This document shows positions 1 through 8,670 of a DNA stretch of 51,605 nucleotides, in pieces. The stretch covers positions 37,102-88,706 of the forward strand of contig PLME01000019.1 in NCBI GenBank assembly GCA_003142375.1, in the 5' to 3' direction. The first letter of the stretch is position 1; every line of letters starts with the position of its first letter. A model generated the notes under the pieces. The model worked only from the letters and a program-made list of their open reading frames with translations, was not told the origin of the DNA and ran no database searches. Made by a program: the position numbers and the translations under genes. Origin of the DNA: Dehalococcoidia bacterium. GTDB lineage: Bacteria > Chloroflexota > Dehalococcoidia > GIF9 > UBA5629.

Positions 1-106
1 TTCAGATTTTCTTCTCCGCAACAACCTTGTCCACGAACATTCACACAGGCACAAAGACCTTGTTCACCGCCATCCGCACTTACATGAGCGCAGCCATGAA
101 CACTGA
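1..106 (+). CDS. 3' end of a CDS with a His-rich C-terminus, resembling the tail of CbiO/NikO-type Co/Ni ECF transporter ATPases (partial)
   Basis: Frame 2 reads SDFLLRNNLVHEHSHRHKDLVHRHPHLHERSHEH then TGA (104-106); 10 His in the last 24 residues. Not in the ORF track. Family assignment is from recall of similar tails. Confidence 0.6.
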   Translation, partial: SDFLLRNNLVHEHSHRHKDLVHRHPHLHERSHEH

Positions 107-152
107 AGATAAATTAAATAATTAAATGGTCGCTGCTCTTATTCTTTGCAGC

Positions 153-1016
153 TTAAAACTCAGCTAGTTCGAGGCTGATATCCAGTGCCCGGGCCGAATG
201 CGTCAATGCTCCAACCGAAATCCAGTCCACTCCCGTTTCAGCAATTGCCCGCACAGTATCCAGGTTTACGCCTCCTGAGGCTTCAAGGATGGCTTTGTGC
301 TTTATCAGTTCTACGGCCCGACGCATATCATCCAGGCGCATATTATCCAGCATTATAACGTCTGCACCGGCGTTGGCTGCTGCCAGGGCGTCTTCCGGAT
401 TGCTGGTCTCTATTTCGATCTTGATATTGCGGGCTGATTTGCTGCGTGCTTGCCGGATGATCTCCTGTATACCCAGACCGCCTTTGCGCAGGATGGCGAC
501 GTGGTTATCTTTGATCAATACCATATCGCCCAGGCCCAGGCGATGATTAGTGCCGCCCCCCACCGAGACAGCGTACTTTTCCAGTATCCTCAGGCCGGGA
601 ACGGTTTTTCGCGTGTCCAGTATTTTCACCGGCAAACCTTTTACCAGTTCAACATACCGGGCTGTCAGCGTGGCAACTCCGCTGAGATGCTGAATGAAGT
701 TCAGAGCGGTCCTCTCGGCCTTCAATATATCGGCAACATTCCCTGAAACACTAGCCAGAACATCGTTCTGTTTTACGGTAGCTCCATCAGCAACAAGTAT
801 CGAGAATTTCAAAAAGGGATCAACTTTGAGAAATACCATGCCGGCCAATTCGAGGCCCGCCACTATCCCCGTTGACTTGGATAGGAAGTTTGCTTTGCCC
901 TTGGCGTGCGGCGGAATCAAAGAATCCGTAGTGATATCGCCCGAGGCCAGGTCTTCTTCCAGAGCCCTATCGATCAGGTCCTCAATTTGGGGCAGGTAGT
1001 CTGCTAGCTTGATCAT
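153..1016 (-). CDS. nadC: Nicotinate-nucleotide pyrophosphorylase (quinolinate phosphoribosyltransferase)
   Basis: EDLASGDITT, ERTALN, DTRKTVPG, HRLGL, IKDNH, MLDNM, EASGG, ISVGALTHSA motifs. Confidence 0.97.
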   Translation of the reverse strand: MIKLADYLPQIEDLIDRALEEDLASGDITTDSLIPPHAKGKANFLSKSTGIVAGLELAGMVFLKVDPFLKFSILVADGATVKQNDVLASVSGNVADILKAERTALNFIQHLSGVATLTARYVELVKGLPVKILDTRKTVPGLRILEKYAVSVGGGTNHRLGLGDMVLIKDNHVAILRKGGLGIQEIIRQARSKSARNIKIEIETSNPEDALAAANAGADVIMLDNMRLDDMRRAVELIKHKAILEASGGVNLDTVRAIAETGVDWISVGALTHSARALDISLELAEF

Positions 1017-1256
1017 CTAAGCCTCTTTGCCCGCCAGATAAGTGCAGTATCCATAGCTAACCGGCCCCGTTTTAGTTACTTCGCAGGGAAAATCAGGGCA
1101 TTCGAAGCAGATCCTGACATTTTTAACGAAGGCGCAGGAAGCTATCTTGCAGAAGGGGTTTTCTCTGGGTAAACAGCCTGTTTCCCGGTTGGGACAATTG
1201 CCTTTGGTCATCCTGGGACATTTTTCACAAGCTATTCCACAAACGCCGATTTTCAC
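1017..1256 (-). CDS. Small Cys-rich metal-binding protein (DUF3795-like), 79 aa
   Basis: True start inferred at GTG 1256 with AGGGAG SD upstream; CGIACEKC, GC, CKIASC, CFECPDFPC pattern. The longer 1017..1712 ORF overlaps tspO. Confidence 0.75.
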   Translation of the reverse strand: MKIGVCGIACEKCPRMTKGNCPNRETGCLPRENPFCKIASCAFVKNVRICFECPDFPCEVTKTGPVSYGYCTYLAGKEA

Positions 1257-1270
1257 TAGCGGGCCGCTCC

Positions 1271-1786
1271 CTAAGTTAAGGGATTTAAGAGATAGAAGGC
1301 GAAGTTGAGCACAGTTGCGTAACTCACCCACAGAATATAGGGGATCAGCAGAAATGATGCAGTTTTTGAGATCTTGTAGAAATTTAGGATGGTCAGGAGT
1401 ATGGCTGTCCATAAGGGCACAATCACCAGTAGCCCTACCAATGTTGATTTTAAGCCGAAGAAGGCGTAGGACCAAAATGCATTTAGAAATAATTGCACCG
1501 TAAAGATAATTATGCTTTCCCTGACCTGGAACTGTCGGAAACCTCTGCGCCAGATAAGGAATGCAGAAATTCCCATTAATATGTACAGCAAAAACCAGAT
1601 GGGAGCGAACAGCCATGAGGGAGGCGCAAAGGGTGGCTTTTGGAGTAGCGAATACCAGGCTGGGATCGATCCGCGGGTGAAAAGAGATCCTATCAGCCCG
1701 GCGCCTATGCACACGGCAAGGCTAATGAAAAGCTTTAGCCCGTCGCGAAGCCTCTTGTCTGTTATAACTTTATCGGGAAAGTTCAT
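1271..1786 (-). CDS. tspO: TspO/MBR family tryptophan-rich sensory protein
   Basis: WYSLLQKPPFAPPSWLFAPIW, QLFLNAFWSYAFFG, LLIPYILWVSYATVLN; ATG 1786 has AAGGGA SD (alternative start 1810). Confidence 0.93.
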   Translation of the reverse strand: MNFPDKVITDKRLRDGLKLFISLAVCIGAGLIGSLFTRGSIPAWYSLLQKPPFAPPSWLFAPIWFLLYILMGISAFLIWRRGFRQFQVRESIIIFTVQLFLNAFWSYAFFGLKSTLVGLLVIVPLWTAILLTILNFYKISKTASFLLIPYILWVSYATVLNFAFYLLNPLT

Positions 1787-1887
1787 CGAGTCTTCCCTTA
1801 ATTCTGGCATGCGAATTCCAGCAAATAATATACGAATCCGTGTTTTAACTCAAACCGGCAGGCATGAAAACACTGTCTTTTCTCCCT

Positions 1888-1916
1888 TTGTTGCCCTGTA
1901 AAAGCTATGCTAAAAT
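1888..1916 (+). promoter_or_regulatory. Putative sigma70 promoter for mfd
   Basis: TTGTTG (1888-1893), 17 bp spacer, TGnTAAAAT extended -10 (1908-1916). Confidence 0.5.
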
Positions 1917-1964
1917 CGTATCGAGGGCTGTCCCCAAGCGGGACAGCTCCGTATGTGTTTGACT

Positions 1965-4900
1965 ATGAACCTATATTTCTTAAGCGATGTAATTGAAGGG
2001 CTTCCGGAGTTCAAGCGGGTCTCGGACCGGCTGCGAAAAGACGCACAGGTCAGGCTCAATTTGCGCCTGCCTGAGCAGGCATACAGCTACTTTGCCGCTT
2101 CAATTTACAACTTGCTTGGCTTGCCCGTATTACTGGTTACTGCCCACCCCGATTCGGCGGCTAGGATCTGCGAACAGGTGAAGCTCTGGCTGCCGCCTGA
2201 GAACGACGCCAGCTTTTTCCCTGAGATCGATTTGCTGGGCGGGACGTCTGCCTCGGATCCTGTAATAACTTCCGACCGCATGAAAGTGCTGGCCAGTCTT
2301 TCCGGTTATGATAGCGGAGGCGATAGCAGCAGGCGCCCGTTTGTAGTTACCAGCGCACTGGCGCTGGCGGGCAGGTCTGCCGGAAAAGATGAGATCCAAT
2401 CAAGGCATCTTTCATTGGAAAAGGGCAGCTATATACATCAGGAAGAGTTGCTTGAACGCCTGCAGTCAATCGGCTACAAGTATGAAGAAGTCGTTGAGAT
2501 ACCGGGCACGTTTTTAAAGCGAGGTGGCATTGTAGACGTCTTCCCTGCAGGCCGTGAACTCCCGGTGCGCATAGAGCTCTTCGGCGATGAAGTTGACAGC
2601 ATCAGGGAATACGATCCCAGGACGCAGCGCTCGCAGGCGCAACTTACGTCGGTAACAATATTGCCTTCACAGGATGTTTCCGCTACAGGTAATGCCAATA
2701 TTCTGGATTATCTGCCCGTCAAGTCCATTCTGATTCTAGACGATCCCCAGCAGATTGAAGAAGAGATAAGAAAAATTGAAGAGGAAGCCAGGGATTTGAA
2801 GTCCTCGGACGAAAATGATAGCGGCAAAGCCGGGCAGACGACTGCCTATTTTGCCTGGGAAGAGATAGATGCCAGGATAGAAGCCCTAGACCATGTTATC
2901 CGGCTCAGCGCCTGGGACGAAGCCGAACCGGGCGGTAAAAGTTACGCTCTGCCATTTAAACCAGCGCCCGATTTTATGGCCAGGTTCTCTGCTTTTGCAG
3001 AACACTTACCCGAATTAAGACATCAAAATAAGCGGGTTATCATAGTAAGCCAGCAATCGGACCGGCTGAAGGAGCTTCTGGTCGAGCAGAATATCGAGGT
3101 TGCTCCTGCAATGCATCTTGCAGAGATGCCGCTGGAAGGTTCGCTGACCCTTATACAGGGATCACTCGGAGGAGGCTGGCAGCTTGATGATGAGCTTCTC
3201 TTGATGACAGACAGGGAACTGTTCGGGATTGTAAAGCAGCGTAGAGCGGTAAAATCCCGGCCTGTACCGCACCACCTGTTCTTGAATGATATTAATGTGG
3301 GAGACCTGGTGGTTCATATCGAACATGGGATCGGACGATTTGCAGGCGTAACCATGAGGGTCAGCGCCGGCGTTCAGAAGGAATATCTTATGCTTGAATA
3401 TGCCGGTAGTGACACACTTTACGTTCCCATAGATCAGGTGGCACGTGTCAGCCTGTATATAGGTGGGGGAGAACGGACCCCGTCTCTCAGCCGTCTCGGG
3501 TCGCAGGAATGGAACCGGGCCCGTCAGAAGGTCAAGGAATCGGTTGCCGATATAGCGGGCGAGCTAATAGAACTCTATGCCACCAGGGAAGCGGGAGGCG
3601 GATTGAGATTTTCGCCGGACACGCTCTGGCAGCAGGAACTCGAAGCATCTTTCCCCTATGTTGAAACAGCCGACCAGGTCGATGCTCTGAAGGCGGTTAA
3701 AGCTGATATGGAATCTTCGAAACCTATGGACCGTCTGGTATGCGGTGATGTGGGCTACGGCAAGACCGAGGTCTCCGTGCGAGCTGCCTTCAAAGCAGTG
3801 ATGGATGGCAAACAGGTTGCCATCCTTGTGCCGACCACCATCCTGGCGCAGCAGCATTTAAACACCTTCACGGAAAGGTTGAAGTCTTTCCCCGTCAAAG
3901 TGGCTGCCCTGAGCCGTTTTTGTACTCACCGGGAACAAATGGACATGGTTGAGGGAGTCAAAAAAGGGACGATAGATATATGTATAGGAACGCACAGGCT
4001 GCTGCAAAAGGACGTCGTTTTCAAAGACCTGGGCCTGGTTATTATCGATGAAGAGCAGCGCTTCGGCGTCGCTCATAAAGAGCATTTCAAGAAGATGCGG
4101 CAGTCGGTGGACGTGCTGACCCTCAGTGCCACTCCTATCCCCCGTACTATGCACATGGCACTGTCGGGCATCCGCGATATGAGCACGATCGAGACGCCGC
4201 CTGAAAACCGAATGCCGGTTAATATTTATGCCGGCGAATTTAATGAAAGGTTGGTTCGTGAAGTCGTACTGCGTGAACTTGAACGTGACGGCCAGATATT
4301 TCTGGTACACAACCGGGTGCACAGTATAGATGAACTGGCCGCAGGGATAGCCCGGCTGGTGCCTGAAGCCAGGGTTTCTGTTGCACACGGTCAGATGGAC
4401 GAAGAGAAACTACAGCGTGTTATGAGCGATTTTGTGGAGGGCAAAAGTGATGTGCTGGTTACCACGACTATCATCGAATCCGGTTTGGATATGCCCAATG
4501 TTAATACTTTGATCGTGGACAGCGCCGATAAGATGGGGTTGACACAGCTTTACCAGTTGCGCGGCAGGGTCGGCAGGGGCGCCAATGCAGCCAGTGCCTA
4601 CTTTTTCTTCGACTCGGGCAGAACGATGACGGAGCAGGCCAGGGAGCGCTTGAAGACGATTGCCCGCGCCACTGAACTCGGGGCGGGCTTTGCCATAGCC
4701 ATGAAGGACCTTGAAATAAGGGGGGCGGGCAACCTGCTGGGTGTAGAGCAAAGCGGCAACATTGCCGCCGTTGGATTTAACTATTATAGCCGGCTTTTAG
4801 CTGAGGCGGTCGAAGAGATCAAGGCTAAAAGGGAAGGGCGTGAGGCAGTGAAGAAGGTCGAGGAACCGGCAGTATCGATCGAGCTTGCCCTGCCGGCTTA

Positions 4901-5309
4901 CATCCCCCAGGAATACATAGGTGAGACACGCACCAGGTTTAATATCTATCAGCGGCTGGCTCTAGCAACCTCGACGGACGCTGTCCATGATATCGGTGAA
5001 GAAATGATCGACAGGTTTGGCGAACAGCCGGAAGAGGTCGAGAATCTTTTATATATTGCTGAACTCAAGCAAGCCGCCATGCGCGCCGGAGTAGAATCCG
5101 TGAGTATGAATGAGGATATTGTTACCATTTCATTCAACGATCAGGCAGCCGCCGACGGCCGGCTGTCACTTGTAGTCAGAAACCGGGCGCTCAAAATCGG
5201 GAACAGGCAAATTAAGCTTGATACCGATATAGCGGGAGAAAATTGGCGGACAATTCTCAAATCGCTGCTTGACGAGATCGGCGCTACTGTAGCAGAGCAA
5301 TTGACTTAA
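1965..5309 (+). CDS. mfd: Transcription-repair coupling factor
   Basis: UvrB-like N-terminus ([22 protein letters not shown]), CarD/RID domain (VVHIEHGIG), SF2 helicase ([23 protein letters not shown]), TRG motif [12 protein letters not shown]; start 1953 or 1965. Confidence 0.97.
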   Translation: MNLYFLSDVIEGLPEFKRVSDRLRKDAQVRLNLRLPEQAYSYFAASIYNLLGLPVLLVTAHPDSAARICEQVKLWLPPENDASFFPEIDLLGGTSASDPVITSDRMKVLASLSGYDSGGDSSRRPFVVTSALALAGRSAGKDEIQSRHLSLEKGSYIHQEELLERLQSIGYKYEEVVEIPGTFLKRGGIVDVFPAGRELPVRIELFGDEVDSIREYDPRTQRSQAQLTSVTILPSQDVSATGNANILDYLPVKSILILDDPQQIEEEIRKIEEEARDLKSSDENDSGKAGQTTAYFAWEEIDARIEALDHVIRLSAWDEAEPGGKSYALPFKPAPDFMARFSAFAEHLPELRHQNKRVIIVSQQSDRLKELLVEQNIEVAPAMHLAEMPLEGSLTLIQGSLGGGWQLDDELLLMTDRELFGIVKQRRAVKSRPVPHHLFLNDINVGDLVVHIEHGIGRFAGVTMRVSAGVQKEYLMLEYAGSDTLYVPIDQVARVSLYIGGGERTPSLSRLGSQEWNRARQKVKESVADIAGELIELYATREAGGGLRFSPDTLWQQELEASFPYVETADQVDALKAVKADMESSKPMDRLVCGDVGYGKTEVSVRAAFKAVMDGKQVAILVPTTILAQQHLNTFTERLKSFPVKVAALSRFCTHREQMDMVEGVKKGTIDICIGTHRLLQKDVVFKDLGLVIIDEEQRFGVAHKEHFKKMRQSVDVLTLSATPIPRTMHMALSGIRDMSTIETPPENRMPVNIYAGEFNERLVREVVLRELERDGQIFLVHNRVHSIDELAAGIARLVPEARVSVAHGQMDEEKLQRVMSDFVEGKSDVLVTTTIIESGLDMPNVNTLIVDSADKMGLTQLYQLRGRVGRGANAASAYFFFDSGRTMTEQARERLKTIARATELGAGFAIAMKDLEIRGAGNLLGVEQSGNIAAVGFNYYSRLLAEAVEEIKAKREGREAVKKVEEPAVSIELALPAYIPQEYIGETRTRFNIYQRLALATSTDAVHDIGEEMIDRFGEQPEEVENLLYIAELKQAAMRAGVESVSMNEDIVTISFNDQAAADGRLSLVVRNRALKIGNRQIKLDTDIAGENWRTILKSLLDEIGATVAEQLT

Positions 5310-5315
5310 TAGAGG

Positions 5316-5573
5316 TCAGTCATCGATCCCTGCTTCCAACAGGTAATCCACCAGGTTCTGCACTGTGACGATGTTGTCTGAGTCATCATCGGGTATTTCC
5401 AGCTTGTTGCCCTGCGTGCTGAAGTTATCTTCTATAGTGGTAAAAAACTCGGCCAGGTCATCAGGGTCCATATTCAAATCGTCAATAAATGAAGCCGAAG
5501 GGATGACAGCCGTTTCATCCACTCCCAGCTCATCAACAAGTATTTTCTTGATACTATCTAATATCTTGGGCAA
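5316..5573 (-). CDS. acpP: Acyl carrier protein homologue lacking the phosphopantetheine-attachment serine (DSL -> DPD)
   Basis: ACP signature (ELGVDE...ASFIDDL, EIPDDD...IVTVQNLVDY) downstream of fabD and nusB; codon 37 (5463-5465) is CCT/Pro; TTG start. Confidence 0.85.
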   Translation of the reverse strand: MPKILDSIKKILVDELGVDETAVIPSASFIDDLNMDPDDLAEFFTTIEDNFSTQGNKLEIPDDDSDNIVTVQNLVDYLLEAGIDD

Positions 5574-5632
5574 CTGACCCCTCGGATAAATTATACGATG
5601 TGCGATGCGTATCTATCAATCTATTTATTTCG

Positions 5633-6046
5633 CTATTTTGGTAATTCTGAAATTGCTGAACCCAGCACGCCGTTTATGAATTTAGGCGAAGTGTCGGCGC
5701 CGAACTCCTTGGCCAGCTCCACTGCTTCGTTAATTGCCACCTTGGGAGGTGTCTTTTTATTTATCAGGATCTCGAAGAGGGCCAGCCGCAGGATATTGCG
5801 GTCCATGGGAGCCAGTTGATCTACGGGGAAGGTGGGGGCATAGCGGGCTATAGTGTTGTCCAGCAACTGCTTGTTATCGATTACGCCGTGCAGAAGAAGG
5901 GCGGAAAAGTCAGCCGCCTCACCTTTAAATTCCTGCTCCTTGACTGTACGTTCCAGTATGTCTTCGGGGCTATTGGCCGCGAATTCCAGTTCGAATAGTG
6001 TTTGCAGGGCGATGATCCTTGCGCGATGCCTGAGACCCCTGGACAT
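5633..6046 (-). CDS. nusB: Transcription antitermination factor NusB
   Basis: RHRAR, DRNILRLALFE, VAINEAVELAKEFG, KFINGVL. Confidence 0.96.
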   Translation of the reverse strand: MSRGLRHRARIIALQTLFELEFAANSPEDILERTVKEQEFKGEAADFSALLLHGVIDNKQLLDNTIARYAPTFPVDQLAPMDRNILRLALFEILINKKTPPKVAINEAVELAKEFGADTSPKFINGVLGSAISELPK

Positions 6047-6093
6047 ACGATTACCGGAAGGAATTGAAGATAGCTCTGGAGGTGAGCCTTAGG

Positions 6094-7044
6094 CTATCTA
6101 CCACCCTTTCGCCATCTTACTATTTCGCTGGTACTCTGGGCGTTGCTTATATTATAGGTAAGAGCGCCCGGGCTGATGTTTTTGATGTACTTGGTTAATA
6201 CGTCGCCGGGCCCCACTTCAAAAAATGTCGTAATGCCCCTGGCCAGCATGGCTTCTATACTTTGCTGCCATTTGACGCAATGAGCGATCTGACTTATCAA
6301 TTCTTCTTTGATGGCTTCAACGATATTCATGGGTTGGGCCGTAACATTGGCTACTACCGGGATAGTGGGCGCCTCGAACTTAAATTGTGAAACTGCATTA
6401 ATCATGCCTTCCAATGCCGGTTCCATCAGGGAGGAGTGGAAAGCCCCGCTGACTTTAACCGGTACCATACGCCTTGCACCTTTGACCTGCGCCAGCCTCC
6501 TGGCCTTGGCCAACTTCTGTTCATCCCCGGCGACTACGATGTTGTCCGGGGAGTTAATGTTGGCTATCTCCACGCCGGTGGTGATACAAATGCCCTCAAT
6601 AATATCTCTATCGACATCCATTATGGTCAGCATGCCGCCCGGCCTGCGGCGGCCGGCTTCGTTCATCAACCTGCCGCGTTCGCGGATCAAGCGGACTGCA
6701 TCGCCCAGCTTCATGATTCCGGATGCCACCAGAGCAGCATATTCTCCGGCGCCATGGCCGGCGACCATAGTAGCAGCCGGCAGCGTAAAATCAGTGATAT
6801 TTTCCGCTGCCCTCAGGCAGGCGACGTCAACGGCCAGCACGGCCGATTGTGCATTGATCGTTTGAGCGAGATCTTCCTCCGGCCCCTCAAAGCAAAGGCG
6901 TGATAGAGGAAAACCAAGCGCTTTATCTACCTCGTCGAAAACTTCCCTGGCTGCGTTATAGTGGACGTAAAGGTCTAGTCCCATGCCGACCTGTCTGGAT
7001 TCCTGGCCCGGAAACACATAGGCAACTTTTACTTCCTCGACCAT
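6094..7044 (-). CDS. fabD: Malonyl-CoA:ACP transacylase homologue lacking the catalytic serine (GHSxG -> GHGAG)
   Basis: FPGQ..GMG, RGRLM, ANINSP, VSGAFHS, EVGPG motifs; codon 98 (6751-6753) is GGC/Gly. Confidence 0.9.
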   Translation of the reverse strand: MVEEVKVAYVFPGQESRQVGMGLDLYVHYNAAREVFDEVDKALGFPLSRLCFEGPEEDLAQTINAQSAVLAVDVACLRAAENITDFTLPAATMVAGHGAGEYAALVASGIMKLGDAVRLIRERGRLMNEAGRRRPGGMLTIMDVDRDIIEGICITTGVEIANINSPDNIVVAGDEQKLAKARRLAQVKGARRMVPVKVSGAFHSSLMEPALEGMINAVSQFKFEAPTIPVVANVTAQPMNIVEAIKEELISQIAHCVKWQQSIEAMLARGITTFFEVGPGDVLTKYIKNISPGALTYNISNAQSTSEIVRWRKGGR

Positions 7045-7091
7045 TTACTTCCCTCCTTGAAATGCCTGATCAGCATATTAATTAAGCGGGG

Positions 7092-7292
7092 TTATTTCTT
7101 CTTCTTTTTAGCGCTTTTGATTTCGATGACTTCCCTGCCGTCGTATGTTCCGCAGGTTGGGCATATTTGGTGAGATAATTTCAAGCTGTGGCAGCGCGAG
7201 CATTCGATCGTCGCCGTGGGGCTCATTGCCAGATGACTGCGCCTCTTACCCTGACGCGATTTGGGGTATTTTTTCTTTGGAAGTGGTGCCAT
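7092..7292 (-). CDS. rpmF: 50S ribosomal protein L32 (Zn-ribbon form)
   Basis: MAPLPKKK...KRRSH, CSRC and CPTCG. Confidence 0.96.
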   Translation of the reverse strand: MAPLPKKKYPKSRQGKRRSHLAMSPTATIECSRCHSLKLSHQICPTCGTYDGREVIEIKSAKKKKK

Positions 7293-7801
7293 TAGACTTT
7301 GCTCTCCTTTTCTAGCTGTACTAACTTATCCCAACGATGGTCGTAAGCTTTATTTCTGTGCTTGCAATCGCCTTTTGCGAATTCCTGGCCGCAAACCGGG
7401 CAAATGCCGGGACAATCCGGCTTGCAGAGCAGTTTAGTCGGGGTTGCCATTATGATATATTGCCTGATAGCCTCGTCCAGATCAAGGATGTGGTTCTGGT
7501 CGATAGTCAATTCGTCGGCAGCTACTTCTTGATGTAAGCCTGAATTGATATCGATAACGGGGAAAAACTCATCCTCCATTTTAAATTTAATTGTTGTACC
7601 CGCCGGACAAAGGCACCTCGAGCAAAGCCCTTTTATTTGAGCTGTCAACTTGCCGGTCACCAGGATGCCGAGGCTGGTGCGAGTGAAATCGATATAACCG
7701 GCCACTTGGGTATCACTATTTTCGCCGGCCGGTTCATCAACTTTGTAGTTGCGCTTTGCTCCTACCGGCTCCTTAAGAAGCTGTGCAACATTAATTTGCA
7801 T
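7292..7801 (-). CDS. yceD: DUF177/YceD family protein
   Basis: CSRCL, LCKPDCPGICPVCG, RWDKL; directly upstream of rpmF. Confidence 0.92.
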   Translation of the reverse strand: MQINVAQLLKEPVGAKRNYKVDEPAGENSDTQVAGYIDFTRTSLGILVTGKLTAQIKGLCSRCLCPAGTTIKFKMEDEFFPVIDINSGLHQEVAADELTIDQNHILDLDEAIRQYIIMATPTKLLCKPDCPGICPVCGQEFAKGDCKHRNKAYDHRWDKLVQLEKESKV

Positions 7802-7830
7802 AATAATGCGTACGAATTTAAATTTGGCTC

Positions 7831-7859
7831 ATTATATGTTGAGATACGTTTAATGTCAA
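7831..7859 (-). promoter_or_regulatory. Perfect-consensus sigma70 promoter of the yceD-rpmF-fabD-nusB-acpP operon
   Basis: Minus strand TTGACA (7859-7854), 17 bp, TATAAT (7836-7831), 30 nt upstream of the yceD ATG. Confidence 0.85.
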
Positions 7860-8213
7860 GCAAATGAACGTATTTTTAAACTGTCAATTAAAGCTGATAG
7901 ACATATTGTAAACGAGTGTGAACATTAACGTATATAAGCTTGTGCCTGACCTTGACTACAAGCATAAAAACGATTTAAACTGTTGGCCGAAGGGAAGCAG
8001 GCAAGGTTTGGAAGTTAAATTGCCATGATGGTTCACCTGACACCAAGCGGTTTCTAAAACAGGTAATCTCCACAAGAGTCGCAAACCGTAGTAAACTTGC
8101 GTAGCCCCGAGTAAATTGTTATCGAAAACAACGTCATCATCGAGGCGTTTTAGGTATAATATTAACCAAACACACAAATCAGCAAGATAAGTAAAGGAGT
8201 TTGATTTTAAATC

Positions 8214-8660
8214 ATGAAAGTCGTATTTATTGAGGATGTATCAGCCAAGGAGAAAAAAGGCGATATTAAAGAGGTATCCGCTGGCTACGCCAGGAATTTC
8301 CTCTTGCCTAGGGGACTTGCCATGCCGGCAACGCCCGGTTCCTTAAAGGCGGCGCAGAAGATAGCCGACGAGCGTGATAGAAAGCGCGTGCGCCAGCACG
8401 ATGAATATGTAGCACTTGCCGGACAAATCAACGGCCAGGAACTGCATTTTAAAGGTAAGGCCAGTGCCAAGGGCACGCTGCACGGCTCCATCACCAGTGC
8501 CGATATAGCCGAAAAGTTGTCCAAGCTCGCAAACGTCGAAATCGACCGGAAAAAGGTTGCACTTAAAACTACATTACATAAAGTTGGAAGCCATGAAGTC
8601 GAAGTTATTTTCTCCAAAGACGCGATTGCTAAGATAACAGTTATAATTGAAGAGGAATAA
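8214..8660 (+). CDS. rplI: 50S ribosomal protein L9
   Basis: [32 protein letters not shown]; AAGGAG SD upstream. Confidence 0.96.
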   Translation: MKVVFIEDVSAKEKKGDIKEVSAGYARNFLLPRGLAMPATPGSLKAAQKIADERDRKRVRQHDEYVALAGQINGQELHFKGKASAKGTLHGSITSADIAEKLSKLANVEIDRKKVALKTTLHKVGSHEVEVIFSKDAIAKITVIIEEE

Positions 8661-8670
8661 CCGGAGTTAG

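Noticed and set aside
1017-1712. 231-aa ORF as listed in the track
   Set aside because: The first 152 codons overlap tspO in another frame; only the Cys-rich part from GTG 1256, which has an SD, is credible
5463-6753. RNA editing or sequencing error restoring the ACP and FabD serines
   Set aside because: Each codon is one base from Ser, but neighbouring motif residues are also changed in both proteins, and GGC->AGC is not a known editing type. Reads should still be checked.
7956-8177. 73-aa minus-strand ORF in the yceD-rplI gap
   Set aside because: No recognisable motif or SD, and it overlaps the likely rplI -10 element
7802-8213. Possible oriC or c-di-GMP riboswitch upstream of rplI-dnaB
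   Set aside because: No TTATCCACA-type DnaA box cluster; GCAAACC is present but the rest of the c-di-GMP-I consensus is missing
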